A DNA stretch of 55,859 bases from contig JAVECL010000093.1 of the NCBI GenBank assembly GCA_051942245.1, positions 1 to 55,859 of the forward strand, in the 5' to 3' direction. Below, in pieces: positions 35,735-49,470 of this stretch. Each line of letters starts with the position of its first letter. Position 1 is the first letter of the stretch. Under the pieces are notes generated by a model that saw nothing but the letters and a program-made list of their open reading frames with translations, did not search any database and was not told the DNA's origin. The DNA is from Trypethelium eluteriae (taxonomy: Eukaryota). Made by a program: the position numbers and the translations under genes.

Positions 35735-37540
35735 TCAAGAAGATGGTGTCCATGGCAGACTGAAGGTTCCAACCCAATCTTCGACTTCCTTCCTCAGAGT
35801 AATTATCTCAGGAAAATTTTCACCTTCACCCAAGTGATCTCTGAAAGCAGCAACACTGCCCGGATTCTTGCGGCCTGAAGATTCTGCTTGCTCTCGTGCC
35901 ACTTTGTCAAGCTTCTGCGTGATTCCTACAGCGTTGTGCACAATATCTGCCACCCTTCGGAAGTCTTCTGGTTGGAATCCTCGAGTGGTCATGGCTGGCG
36001 TGCCCATGCGTAGACCGCCCGGTTTCATCGCAGACTTATCGCCTGGAACCGTATTTTTATTACTTGCTACCCCCACTAGCTCAAGAACTCTTTCTACCCG
36101 GGCCCCGTCAACACCGCGATCTTTGAGATCCACCAGGACTAGATGGTTGTCAGTGCCACCACTGACGATATTATAGCCCAGGCCGCCTTCTGCCTTGGAA
36201 TTGCCTAGTCTGCCGGCAAGAGATTTTGCATTTGCAAGGACAGTCTGCTGGTATTCCTTGAACTCGGGTTTTTGAGCTTGTTGCAAGGCCACGGCCAAAG
36301 CCGTGATAGTATGATTATGAGGCCCACCTTGATGTCCTGGAAAAACCGAAGCATTTATTGGACCTTCAAGATCGTATTTCTCTTCGACTCCTTTTTTGTC
36401 GGTCCTTCGTACTCCTTTACGGAAAAAGATCATGGCACCTCGAGGACCTCGCAAGGATTTATGGGTTGTAGTAGTGACAACATCTGAAGACGGGAATGGA
36501 GATGGAATGACTCCACCAGCGACCAGCCCAGAAATGTGTGCCATATCACTGAGCAGGTACGCTCCGACCTTATCACATATCTCTCGCATTCGTTCATACT
36601 CGATGAGGCGACTATATGCCGACGTGCCTGCTATGACTATTCTGGGCCTGTATAGCATTGCCAACTCCTCAAGTTTTTGGTAATCTATCAAACCCGTGCT
36701 TTCATTCAATCGGTATGGGAGAGTCTCGAAATATTTTGATATCGCTGAAATCTTCTTCGTTGGAATTTGATAACCGTGGGAAAGATGACCGCCGTGGGGA
36801 AGGTCCAGGCCCATTATTCGATCATGAGCGTTGAGAAGTGCAGAGTAAGCATACAGATTCGCAGGGGATCCGGATAAAGCTGTGCAATTTTTTTGAGTCA
36901 CGATCACCACGATAAATTAATTCAGGCTTACGTTGAACATTGACCCCCCATTCTTCCGGCTTTAAGCTAAAGGTCTCGAGTGCCCGTTGCTGACATAGTC
37001 TCTCAGCTTCATCGATATGCTCATTGCCTCCATAGTATCTTGCGCCGGGATAGCCTTCGGAGTACTTGTCTATACGGACGAGTCACTTAGTAGCTGGACT
37101 TCGCCCATCTCATTTTGTGCCCTCAACCTACTTTGCATCACACTTCCTAAGGCATCGAGGACAGCACGAGAGGTAAAGTTTTCGGACGGTATGAGATTGA
37201 TGAAGTGCTTTTGTCTCCGCTCTTCCTATGTCATGAGGCCACATGTCAATGAAATGTTTAGATACAAGACGGAAGATGGGGTCATACTTTTCTGACAATG
37301 TCAAAGACTGTAGGGTCGGCTTCTTCTAGGTGGGCCGAGAGTAGCTAAATGCATTTTCAACATTCAGACTATCTCAAGACGACAGCATGAGGAAAATACC
37401 TTGATCTGACCATCAGTAGACATAGAGGCCATGCCCCGCATCTGGGCGGCACGGCTAGGAGCATTGCATCTTTCAGCAATTGGTCTTCTGAGGCTTTGAA
37501 AAATAAGGGAGTGAGACGCTCTGCACCGAAGAAGCGCCAT
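35735..37540 (-). CDS. SHM1: Serine hydroxymethyltransferase, mitochondrial; exons 37400-37540, 37288-37344, 37132-37225, 36932-37069, 35735-36879
   Basis: Arg-rich presequence, [40 protein letters not shown]-lysine motif, [14 protein letters not shown]. Confidence 0.97.
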
Positions 37541-38747
37541 GGTGCTACCCTTCGGTTGGCGAGCGAGTGCTTTGACAGCTACGGGTGCTGTTCAAAATGT
37601 TTTCCAGTGTGATGGAAGATGACGGGATGGAAGCTAATTCGAGGGTATAGGTACCTAGTAGTCGCCCACTCACCGATGCCTATCAGTGAATGACACCAGA
37701 GCTAAGCGATTTGAGGCTAGCCTCCCGGAGGCCGCCATTCCTTGTGAACTTCACCTCTCGTGTGTGTTCTCCTTTTCTTCACACAACTAAATCCAAGATG
37801 ATGAGCCGGCCTTTGTGACAGCTGTATCCCTCGCCTATCATGCGTAAGCTAGTAGTGCGGGTGCTGTTGACATGTTCTGGGCCCACTTCACCACCTTTGG
37901 AAGAACAACCTGAGACCTTCTGATTGGATCGTTGTGTTTCACTTCGCGAGACTTGCAGACGGTTGCCAGCTTATAACTGTGCACTATGTCACTCTTCGTG
38001 CTTTCTTCTCTAATCTCAGTGTTGAACGAGGAGCAGTGCGTGCGCCAGAATGCAAACAAAGACTCTGTCAACGCAGGCGATGACTACCTGGAGCAGCATT
38101 CGAAGGCAGAGAATTACTGTCCGGTCAATGAGGTTAATCAAAATATCAGACTTGGATATCTTTGAATCTGTGTTGTGATTCCCATGTGTGACTAAGCTAA
38201 TGGATGCAGTAGCGTATACATCTTAGGAAATCTGAACATAAGCTCTAAGTTCCATTCACTTTTGATGATGGCAGCTGCCACCCGAAGGTTACACATCTGC
38301 GGCTCAGCTGAGTAGCCCCGAAGCACCTTTCCCCCTGCTTCATCTCCCACTTGCTTCTCGGAATACTCCAACCAGGTAATGGTGGACTTCCACCCACGGA
38401 AGATATCCCCACTGCGCTTGTGGTGATTGCATCCAGCCTCAAGTCTAGCGAGAAGCTCCACACCATATGATGTCTCGATCGCGCCAATCCAGTCAGGTAC
38501 CTAGTCGATCCATCCTCCCCTCACTTATTGCCGACTCTCGTGCGCGATTCTGCTGGAAAGAGAGGCATTTCGCTCCTCATAATCCTTTTGCGGTGAAGCG
38601 ATAATGCCGTTCCTTCCATATTCTTACCGTACCCAGCAGGCGCTAGTCTCGCGCCAGTGATCAGCTGCGGGTTCATGACTCCAAGCTGCTTCTCTCGCGC
38701 CATCTCTTCATGATCATCTCCCTTTTTGCTGTTTGGTGACCCAGCTG

Positions 38748-40056
38748 ATGGCCCCCGCGACTTCCGACATGCCCATCAAGCGCTCTCATTCGCAATCGTC
38801 TAGCCCCGAACTAGGCGAAGGTGACTTTGGCACCCAGCGCAACCCGAAAACAGGAAGGCCCATTAGAAAGAGCGCGGGACGGAAATTGACAGGGTCCGGT
38901 TTCGTTGATTGGGACAGCGTCCTAATTGCTAGTGATGAAGATGAGAAGGAATCAGTAGATGAGAAGAGTTACGGAATGGCTGAGACGGCTGAAGATGACA
39001 TTGATCTCGCACCAAAGTTCGTTACAATGCACTCTTATACTCTTCATACCTCTTTGGAGCTCGCGGTGGCACTAACACTGAACAAGCATCTTCAAACGCG
39101 TCAAGAGGGTGCCTCGCGATCCCACTCCGCCTCCACCACTTTCACCAACACTTTCTTCAGTATATTCCTTTTCTCCGGCATCAAGCCCCGAGCTCGAAGG
39201 ATCTCCGACCATTCTAGCGCCCGTTACCCTCAATATCAATGTCGAACCTGGTCACAAAGGGCCAATTCAGCTCCAATTAGACCTCAATCCTCTCTATCGC
39301 CAGATTTTGGTCACCCAATCCCGGGGTCATCTTGAGGTGGGGTTCAGCAATGTTTACTCACCGCGGTCCAGCAGCTATGATGCGACGAAGATCGGTTTTC
39401 TCACTCTCGCTTCAGAGCTTCGCAACCAGGTGTACCATCTAGTCTTCGAGTCTGAAAAGCCACTCTGCTTTGCCTATCCCTCAAACTTTTGTCGTTCCAG
39501 TCAACTTCTTCGTACCTGCTCCCAGATCCACAGTGAAGCACGTCCATTCCTTTATTCTGGGAACAAGTTCATCGTCGAACGTCGCAGCCAGCTGCGAGGG
39601 AAGGCCTTTGTCGAGGGAGATCCGGAGATCGGTTACAGAGATTTCCTACGCTTTCTCCGCCAAGCCGGACCAGAGAACGTGGGCATGCTGCGCGACCTTA
39701 CTATCACTTTCGAGGATGCAGCACCTACTGGCGATCGGCGGTGTTGGACGCCCGAAGAGCGTCGCTTCGTGTACGACGACGTGCTCCTCAGCTGCCTTCG
39801 TAACTTGGCAAGACATGGGAAGCTCCGCAAGCTCTCGTTGAGCTTTCAGGGCAAGAGAGAATTGAGGCAGTTCGATCGCCATTTTATGGATACTATGAAA
39901 GGATTGAAAGCGGATGAAGTTCGATTTGTCCATCTTCCGGGAGTATCTATCGAGCCATCGAATTGGGCAAGCTACAGATTTGCTAGCAAGCAGCAGGACT
40001 CGGTCAGAGATGAGCTCATCGAGAAAATCACGAGGAAGGAGAAGTTGTACGACTAG
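38748..40056 (+). CDS. Hypothetical protein with F-box-like 'FL.L..ELRN.VY' motif; probable intron 39017-39086
   Basis: GFLTLASELRNQVYHLVF and LLRTCSQIHSEARPFLY.N.F are typical of a large fungal F-box-like family. A GTTCGT...CTAAC...AAG intron joins the two ORFs in frame. Confidence 0.75.
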
Positions 40057-41030
40057 TACAAATGACGGGGGACTCGGCCACCAAGCCGGAAGAGCATTCA
40101 GTCACTATGACGATGGGAGCAGAGCAGATTGCGGGAGCATAGTACGCTAGGTGGCTTACTTCGACTCTTCCAGGTTGCAAATGGTCTGTAGCATACATGG
40201 CTTTCTGCAGCTTAGGTTGTTTTATGATACCTAGGTAGCTATGAATAATATACACGGGAAGGAATCTTGCGCCTTCACAATCTACAGCCAAAATTCACCG
40301 AGATCGACCCCACTTAGGTACTTGCAGGGCTTCTTAAAAGTTTCCCCCTCATTCATTAAATCAATATCTGTCAATCGCCTGACATACAAACCCAGCTCCC
40401 GATATGAAGAGGCCAGACTCGATGCTACCCCCACGATATCTCAAGGTAAACCCAGCAAGGCGGGAAAGCGCCAGTGCGAAAACTGGAAACACGCCTCGAT
40501 GCATTTCGTATCCCGTTTTAGGAGTCTCCAAACCGGGTTCAGTATTGAAAAATCCAACCGTTTCAGTTCCGGGGTAGCACACTAGCGTAGAGAAATCGGA
40601 CGCGGACAAACCCTCCGAGAGCTTTTACTCTCATTCTAGGGCGAGTAACCTCAGCTCAGCACGTCCAGGTAGGGGTGAGACGACCGGAGGCGGGCAAAAG
40701 CTCAGCAGCCGAAGGCAGAGTGCCTTCCTATAATTACACGTCTACCTAGGAAGGGGCATCAGATGTTGCCCCACCTTCGGTCCGTGCCATCTCTACACCT
40801 TTTTGAGCTATGTGCCTGTATGCCTCCATATCCTATAAATATCCTTGAATACACATCCGAACCTGTGATGCTCGCTGCTTTACTTCGTGGCGTCTGTAAA
40901 TACGGCGAAATTGTCACTTCGGAAGCTCCTTTTCTCTACCATCCTCCCCATAGCAGCCACCGTGGGGCTCACAGTCTACCTCCGGAGCTTCATTCGAAGC
41001 GCTTCGAGCTCCAAACTACCTAACCTCAGC

Positions 41031-41993
41031 ATGGCCTGGTTTAGCGGTGGCCCGTCCAACGAAGCACTTGTGGAAAACCTCGCTCACAATGGGCTCATCA
41101 ACTCCGACCGTGTAAAGAACGCCATGTTGGCTGTATGTCCCCCGCCTCCCTGGCCCTCCTGCAATTCAACTTCCCGAACCCAGCCAAACCCCTCTCTACC
41201 CGGTCTTAATTGGCTCAGACGGGAAAAACTAAGCGATAATCCGCTGCCAGGTCGACCGCGCCCACTACTCCCCCTACCACCCCTACGCCGACTCACCTCA
41301 ATCCATCGGCCACTCCGCTACGATCTCCGCCCCGCATATGCACGCCTCCGCCTCCGAGACTCTTCTCCCCTTCCTCAAACCCTCCTCCTCAACTCGCGTG
41401 CTGGACATCGGATCCGGGTCCGGCTACCTCACCGCTGTACTCGCCCACATCATCGACCCGGCCACAGCGACGCAGCAGCAGCAAGATCCAACGAGCCCGA
41501 CGGGCGGCGCTGGCACTGTGATCGGGATTGACCACATCCAAGAGCTAGTGGATCTGGCTCGAACGAATATGGCGAAGAGTGAGGATGGGAGGGGCATGCT
41601 GGAGAGCGGGAGGGTGCGGTTTGTGAAGGGGGATGGGAGGAAAGGATGGCGGGAAGGGGCGCCGTACGATGCAATTCATGTGGGTGCGGCAGCGGCGAAG
41701 CATCATGAGGAGCTAGTGGATCAATTGAAGGCACCGGGGAGGTGAGTGAACTGTCTTTCCTCATTCCTAGGGGATGGACTGCAGAGGCGGATGCGTATTA
41801 GGGGCGATGACGCTTGTTGATGTCTCTGCAATGGAGGAGTGGCTGACTGACTTCCCGTAGATTGTTTGTGCCTGTGGAGGAAAATTATCAGCAGCATATC
41901 TATGTGATTGATAAGCACGAGGACGGGTCAGTGACAAGAGACAAGGTTATGGCGGTACGATACGTACCATTGACCGATCCGCCGGCGGAGTAA
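41031..41993 (+). CDS. PCM1: Protein-L-isoaspartate O-methyltransferase; exons 41031-41132, 41251-41741, 41861-41993
   Basis: MAW..G.SN..LV, VDRAHY, SPQSIGHSATISAPHMH, VLDIGSGSGY, APYDAIHVGAAA, VRYVPLTD. Confidence 0.95.
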
Positions 41994-42399
41994 GTGCTTC
42001 CAACGCAGCAGCTCGAAAGCGGAGATAGTTCACTAAGGGAAGGGAAGAATAGCCAGCGGTCGTCGTTTGTTGTTAAACCACGCCTAGCTGTTTGCCCAAA
42101 TTGCAACAGCGTTGCGAGGTTTTACTGAGAAGTTATAGCCTTTGGGGAGGTCGTGGGACTACAGCACCGTTTTAACTGATCACAATGAACATATGTGGGG
42201 TGATACCATTGAAATTGAAATCATATGGATCGACGTCAAAACTTTGCATCATATTCTCATTCCCAACACAGATGCTGTTAAAAGATTCATGGGCATTTGA
42301 AACAATCACCAGTTTCAGAAAGTGGTCATTGATTTCAAGTGGGACGCCGGTTGATATTGATCCTCGAACTCCTGCCATGAAATTCATAGGCCGCCGCCC

Positions 42400-45300
42400 T
42401 CAGAGTCCAAATTTAGACTTCATAGCTAGTACACAAGTATCAGCGTACGCTCACAGCTTTCGGAGATACAATAGTAAAAAAACAACTTACCTCCCATAAC
42501 CAGATTCCTTTTCTGGCGATTCACAAACTTCCCCACGTCGTCCGCCCACCCCGCACTATTTGTTTCCAACTTATCCATCGAATCCCCCATAATCCCCAAC
42601 TTCTCGGTCCGCTCATTAATTTGCCTCTGCATGTACGCCCAATACCCCTCATCCTGCTGCCCCACCGCTTCCGCTCGCGCCCCTGCCGCCGCCGAGGCCG
42701 ACGACGACGATGCCCCTGCCCGTCCAGCCGCCCGTCGCTGCTGCTCGTCCGCGCGCGCCTGCGCAACCATGCGCCGCGACGGCGGCCGCTCCGGGCCCCC
42801 AATCAAGACATCCATGTCGGCCGGCGTGATATACTGCGTCCCCGCGATCCACTGCATGTTGGAAATGGTGGGCCGGGGAGCAATCAATAGTTCCGGGTTC
42901 AGCAATGTATCCTCGCTTGTTGTTATGGTGGTAGAGGTGGGTTCTTTCCGGGGTAGCACAGGCGACACCGACGACGAAAGCGGGGCGGATGATGAGGATG
43001 GCGGCGGAGCCGGAGTCTTGCCCGCGCCCGTGCCCCCGCCTACGCCCCACACCGTCAGTAGCGCGAGCTCGGAGGGGCCCGTCCAGCCGAGGATTTCCCC
43101 GTTCGGCGCGATGCAGGCGTCGCCTAGGCGGCGAGGGTCTAGGATGGGGCTGATGGGTGCGGCGCCGAGATCGCGGAGGCCTGGGATGGAGAAGGCGCGG
43201 GCCTGACCCGTGCCAAAGAGGACGACGAGGGCGTGGCCGCCTGTGGCGCCTTCGTAGCGGACAACGGCGGCGCGGTCGCAGAGGGCATCGTCCCAGGTCC
43301 GGTGGGCGCCCTTGTTGGTAGCGGGTTTGAAGATGCGGACGGAGAGTTGGGCAACAGCGAGGAGGAAGCCGGGGACTTTGAGGCCACTCCGGAGTTGCGA
43401 GACAGTGGATTGGTAGGCGTAGGCGTGCGTACCGTTGTCAGCATTGAGGGGAGCGATGTGGATGACAGGAGATTCAAGGTTTATAGACCCCGCAAACTGG
43501 ACGGTGTAGCGACCGCTGGGATCTGGCAGGATGCGGAATGTAGCCACATGGCCTTGGTTCGTGCCGACGTGAAGGCAGATACTCGAGTAATCATCGCCGT
43601 CGAGTGTCATTACGCTGAACTCTAAAGTCGTCGACCAGTCGGGCTTAGGTGAACCTTGTTGGCTATTTCTCCGGAATGCACCTTTCTTCTCCTGCCTCAC
43701 AAAATCGGCTACACTGGAATTGTAGATCAATGCTGGGCCACGCAGGTCGACAATGGCGAGGCTACCACCTTCGAAACCAGCAGCAAGGAAGCCAACGTCA
43801 CTCAGCTTCAATGCTGTGACGTGACCATCGTGCTGGTCTAGAAGTGTGAAAGGAAATAAACCATCCGAGAGACTTGGGTCCATTCTGTCCGAAACATCGG
43901 TCAATCCATTGGGATTGTTAGGCTTTGGAGAAGGTGGCTCCTGTCCAGCGTGTCTGTTATGACTCCAGCGGAAGACTATAACCTCACCACTGCGAAGACC
44001 ACAGGCTAGCTCACCACTTCCACCTGCCAGGGACGTCTGAGCAACCTCGATATGATCAAACCTTCCGACGGCTCGGGCTACATCAGCTTGGAGAAGGCTT
44101 GAATTCTCAACCTCATCGCCATGTCCACAGTCCCAAAGCCGTACAGTGCCATCAACGTGAGCTGTCTGAACGACACTTCTTGTTTCAAATCGCCTTAACG
44201 GACTGGGCCCCTCGGCACCACCACTTAAGATTGGGGGACCATGCGCGCGCTTCTCAGTCATTCCCAGCCACCTTGTCCGTTCCACGGAGCTGAGAGCTAC
44301 ATGGTTGACAAAGGGATGGACGAAGGTCAGGGAAACATGTAACTGGTTCGTTGGGGTTATCGGAAGACCGCTCGGAAAGCTTAATGTGATTAACTCGCCA
44401 GATGAGAGGAGGGCCAGTGCAGCTATGGGATCTTGTGCTCCAGCGAAGTGAGGGGATGTCCTTGGGATAAGACAAAAGTTGACCACACTAACATTTGGCG
44501 GGGTAGGTAAGACTCTTTGGCGCTTGGGGTTCTCAAAATGGTCAGAAATTAGTTGCCATGATGATGTAGCATAGACAGGAGTTCGCCCAAGCTCAAAGAA
44601 TGTCAGTCCTTTGGTTGGAAGGTTCGTAGGAGCACCTCCTGCGACGAGGATGCCCGTATCATCCGGATCTTTGTTGGCGCACCAAGCAATTTTGAACAGA
44701 GGCTCTTTTACAGCCATTGTACCTTTCCCATTCTGTGCTGATTGGATACTCGTCACCGCTCCAGGCTGATCGATCTTGGTGTCTTGCAACGTTCTTGCCA
44801 TGACAATGCGTGCCTGGGTTGGATCCCAAAACACCAGTGAAGAATCCTCGTGACCCGTCAAGACAAACGTACCAGTGGGGTGCCATAGAGCTTGCGTGAG
44901 CTTTGGACTTCGGTCCATTTTCCAGACCGCAGGATCGAGATCTCCTCCTGGCGCACCGGGAGTGAGTCGATAGTGGAGAAATTTCGTTGCCTTATTTTGC
45001 TTGAAAGAATAGATGACGGCGCCTTCGGAGTACCCTATAAGTAATGTGCCAACGTCTCGAGGATGCAACTGTAGCGATACTATAGGTGTTGCCATTGCTC
45101 GGGGATTCTGCTCCTTCCAAAAATGGGGCAATCTGAAGGGTGCCATGGCCTCGCGGTCCATGTCGTATGCAATGACCTCGCCTTAGATGATGAGCTGTGA
45201 TTTAGCCCAAGGAACAAGAATGTCCGACCAATCTACGACTCACCACTTGCAGTACCAATCAAAGCATAGTCTAGCGAAGAATCCGTCTCAACGGCGGTTA

Positions 45301-45732
45301 CCGCTGCAGGAGGAGAATATTCGTTGATGAGCTTCTTCGACTCGAGAGAATACATAGATAGGTTGTTTTTGGAATCAAGGCAAATGATACGGTCTGAACA
45401 GAACCTCAGAAATTTGACAGATGCTTTGCCAGGAATCTGGAAGGTGACAGAAACTCGCTTCTGTCCAAAGACGTAGATTTGACCATGGCCAAACTTGGTG
45501 TCGTTCGTTCCCACAGCCAAAAGCGACTGAACAGGATCATACGCGATTTGCGAGATTTGAGAGTTGATGCCATAACGGGTGATCTTTTGGAGTTGTCAGA
45601 TCAAAGCCATAGCTTTTCAAAAAATCCAATGTTCGTTGTTCTTACCTCGTCGATGGCAAACAGATCCGACGCAAGGCCAGCGGAGAAATCGCCTTGAATG
45701 CCGGCCTGCTTTCCCCGCAGAAGATGCGTCAT
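42400..45732 (-). CDS. SRO7: Lethal giant larvae/tomosyn family exocytosis regulator Sro7/Sro77; exons 45646-45732, 45244-45583, 42491-45181, 42400-42425
   Basis: MTHLLRGKQAGIQGDFSAG N-terminus, AYDPVQSLLAVGT, WD40 repeats, C-terminal R-SNARE-like ERTEKLGIMGDSMDKLETNS...MKSKFGL. Confidence 0.93.
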
Positions 45733-46090
45733 CTTGCTCCGTTTTTCGGCTCATTTGAAGCTGCGAGATAGGGTCCGGCAGACAGAAGGAGGAGTCTGAA
45801 ACGCGATGAATAATACCCAAACCAACAGGCATTTCCCGTCAGGGACCGGTCACGGTGTTCGCTCCGCCGCAGGTGGCAGTGGAGGTAGCCCCTCCGCTGT
45901 ATTCTCCGTGCTCTCTGTGGCGCAGGCGTCTGCATGTCGTTGCCCGTCGCACCAATTCGACAGAATCCCGGTGACATACAACCTTAAATTCCCTCAGGGA
46001 GAGTGATATCGAATCGCCAGATAACTTAATTCGCATGGCCATTTGCTCAAGGACGAGTTTCCTACTACTCCGGATCCCATCGTTGTCATC

Positions 46091-47470
46091 ATGGCCTTTC
46101 TCTTCGCCCGCAATAAACAAAAGAGTGGGGTGGACCTTGTCAAAACTACAAGCGAGCTGATGCAGAAGCTGGACTCGGAAGACAAGGCGTCACCAAAAGT
46201 AGGTCAAGAATCCCACTTGGGTCTTCATAATTAGTCGGAAATGGTTTTTAATTCGTTTCAAGGCAGAAGAGGAGATTGCTCGAAACCTCACTCAGATGAA
46301 AATCACGCTCCAAGGCACACCAGGTACGTATTTCTATATATGGAAAAGATGAGGCCTGAAGTTCAGACCATGCAAGATTCGCAGTGGCTAGGTGCTGACT
46401 CTCCTCAGAGGCCGAAGTCAATCCAGATCAAGTTCAGCACCTTGTGACGTACCTGATACAAGATGACCTTTTGCATCTCCTAGTCACGAACCTGCACAAA
46501 CTTCCATTCGAGTCGCGAAAAGACACCCAGGTCATCATCTCGAACATCTTTCGATACCAGGCTCCGGGCTCTACCTCCACGGAACCCGTTGCTTTGTCAC
46601 ACATCTGTTATCGAAAACCAGAGATAATACTGGCCCTGTGCCATGGGTATGATCGGCGAGAAAGTTTCATGGCGTGTGGAGGTGTGCTTAGGGAAGCTCT
46701 CAAGCGGGATGCTGTGGCGGCAATAATACTCTACCACGAGCCTGATCAGACACTGGACTTGTCAAACATTGACCCTTCTACTCCGGCATCCGGCAAAGGT
46801 GTTTTCTGGAAATTCTTTTACTGGATAGACAAGGGTGCATTCGAGCTTAGTGCCGATGCTTTCAACACCTTCAGGGTTTGCCGGCAAATTCAGGCTGGAT
46901 ATTGGGACCAGAAAAGCTGACGTTAATGTAGGAGATACTTACTCGGAACAAAGAAATCATCGCCATGTTCATCCAAACCAACTTTGACCTTTTCTTTCAG
47001 AAATACAATGCTATTCTAGTCCAGTCAGACAGCTACGTGACGAAACGCCAGTCCATCAAGCTTCTTGGCGAGCTGCTCCTGGATCGAGCCAATTACTCGA
47101 TCATGTGCGCTTACGTAGATTCTGGTGACAATCTCAAGCTATGCATGAATTTGCTACGAGATGACCGGAAAATGGTCAGCTATGAAGGTTTCCACATTTT
47201 TAAAGTCGGTGATCTCATATACTGAATATACTCAATCTCGCGACGCTAAACGACTGACAGGTTTTTGTTGCAAATCCAAACAAGTCAGCTGCTGTGCATA
47301 GGATCCTTTACAACAACAAGGACCGTATCCTGCGGTTTCTGCCGAACTTCCTCCATGACCGGAAGGAGGATGATCAGTTCAATGACGAAAAAACGTATTT
47401 GGTTAAGAGCATAGATCAATTAGGCCCACCCTCGGACGTTCCCCAGGCCAGTAAGAATGGTGCAGCATAG
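46091..47470 (+). CDS. hymA: MO25/HymA (Hym1) kinase scaffold; exons 46091-46198, 46263-46323, 46409-46876, 46932-47205, 47261-47470
   Basis: LPFESRKD, YVTKRQSIKLLGELLLDRANY, YEGFHIFK|VFVANP and DQFNDEK motifs. Confidence 0.95.
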
Positions 47471-48016
47471 TCCTTGACGCGCTTCTCAATGATACGTGAA
47501 AACGGCCTCCTCATAAATGGCAGCAATCGCGAGGTGCTTTTGGAGAACCTCTTCCTAAGCCGACCATTAAATCAATTTCGGGCCTTCCGATCTGGGCTCG
47601 AAAGGGGTATTAGATCTTATTGAATATACACATGGCTCCAGGCGCAAGCGTACTGATTTGTTGTTAAAATGATATACCCCCTCGGTCAGCTCGTAGATTA
47701 TCAATTTGACAAATCGCAAGGTCCCAGTCACGCTCCAGATTTATCCATTCCATGTGTGACTTTACCAACGTGTGCCTAACCCATATTCCTGGGTAAATGG
47801 TTAGAAAAGAGAACAGACATAGAACTTGGCATCTGTGAAGACTGATATTCGACACCATCGAATAATCTCGTCGAAACAGTCCTGACCACTGAATCCTCAT
47901 CTTATTTACTAATCCCTGGAACCGGTGTCCCTGAACACAGAAGTACTGCATTACGACGAGCGGGGCTGGCAGGCTCCTAATTGCCCAAATCATACAACAC
48001 CATACCATCTCGTTCT

Positions 48017-48502
48017 ATGTATCGCTTCGCGACATTCCCTAATCTACAGCTCTCATTGCAATCAACTTATCTTGCATACTTGAGACGAGCGAATTCAAGA
48101 CTTCACCTGTCCAAAACCTTCAGAAACCCATTGTCAACCACCGTCATGTTGCAACGCTACAAACTAGTCTTCTTCACTCCACCTGCACCTCTTCCCGATA
48201 TCAAGAAGGCAATCTTCGATGCGGGCGCAGGACGATATCCACCATCTTCTTCAAATTCTAATCCTGAGGCTGTCTACACCGAAACAATGTGGACAAGCGC
48301 TCCTGGTACAGGTCAGTTCAGACCTGGCGACGGTGCAAACCCAGCGATTGGTAAGGTTGGCGAAGTTGAGGAAGTTAAGGAGGTCAGGTGCGAAGTCCTT
48401 TGTGTTGGAAAGGAGACCGTGAAAGCGGCAGTGGAGGCGCTGAGGAAATCTCATCCGTACGAGGTGCCCGCTTACGAGGTCTACACTATCGAGGATTTCT
48501 AG
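48017..48502 (+). CDS. Stand-alone NIF3/PII-like (GlnB-like insert) domain protein; second ATG at 48146
   Basis: YKLVFFTP, AIFDAGAG, GTGQFRPGDGANPAIGKVG, ALRKSHPYEVPAYEV. Confidence 0.85.
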   Translation: MYRFATFPNLQLSLQSTYLAYLRRANSRLHLSKTFRNPLSTTVMLQRYKLVFFTPPAPLPDIKKAIFDAGAGRYPPSSSNSNPEAVYTETMWTSAPGTGQFRPGDGANPAIGKVGEVEEVKEVRCEVLCVGKETVKAAVEALRKSHPYEVPAYEVYTIEDF

Positions 48503-49080
48503 AGTAGCTTGCAAGACTAAAGCTTCAAGTGTTCATATTGGGCATCATGTGGTAGATGAGAAAGTAAACATAAAGTGCATATGCCTTATGAAGGGGGAAG
48601 ATTAATGCAGTCTTCGCAAATCGGATCACAACATTATGTAGCTTGACCCATAAACCGTGAGACCGGTCTGGATGCAATTCCAAAACCTGCTTGTGACACC
48701 GTGAGACGCCGTGACGTGGGAGTTGGGCATGAATCTCGATCTCTGCCCCGCGTGGCGAGCGATTACGAGCACCTGCAAAGCACCGCTCCAATGACGACAG
48801 ACCGTTTTAGAGGGAATGGCGTTAGCTGTGTGGCTCATGCCTTGAATACCCGCTGGAGGCCCTCGGCTGCTCCTGTCACCCTTCAGGCTTGAAGAGTGTG
48901 ACCTATGACGTACCCTGACGTACATGCCTTACCTGCAGTACAAATAGGACCTTGCATGCCAATCTCCCATTCCCCTCATTCTCCATTTTCCAACATCGAC
49001 ATCTGAAATCCTATACCACATTACCATCAAACACCAACGCAAAATCTTATCTTTCAAATCGATAAACTCTATCATCAATC

Positions 49081-49470
49081 ATGGCTGAATCTGGACGCAA
49101 GGACTTTTCCGACAGTAGGCTTCTCATTCCCACCATTTAGCTTCGTAAGATTCTAATTCTTCTCAAACAGAGGCCAAGGAGCACGTCACTCCTGACTCCT
49201 CAAAGTCTACCACCGACAAGCTCAAGGAGTCTTTCACCAGTACGACTGACAAGGGCGCTCGGTAAGCTTCCCATACCCCGATCTTTGTCTGGTGAATGCC
49301 ATTTTGCTCACTATTCTTGTAGCGAGCTCCAGTCCGACTCATCCAAGTCGACTACTCAGTCGACTGCCGATAAGCTAGGCCGTGAGAAAGACGACAAGGT
49401 CCACGGTGGCACTGGTGATAGCGTTATTGACAAGACCAAGAACGCTCTTGGTTTGGGAAACAAGGACTAA
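49081..49470 (+). CDS. HSP12: Hsp12/Hsp9-family small stress protein; exons 49081-49114, 49171-49261, 49323-49470
   Basis: Spliced product MAESGRKDFSDKAKEHVTPDSSKSTTDKLKES...QSDSSKSTTQSTADK. Confidence 0.92.

Noticed and set aside
37798..38420. Box C/D snoRNA (ATGATGA 37798...CTGA 37910) or a small spliced + strand gene
   Set aside because: No recognisable rRNA guide or terminal stem; the putative exons do not assemble into a convincing ORF.
41990..42128. GTAAGT overlapping the PIMT stop as a cryptic peroxisomal-isoform splice
   Set aside because: The nearest plausible acceptor gives ...DVARFY*, which is not a PTS1; none of the stop codons I checked had a TGA-CTA readthrough context.
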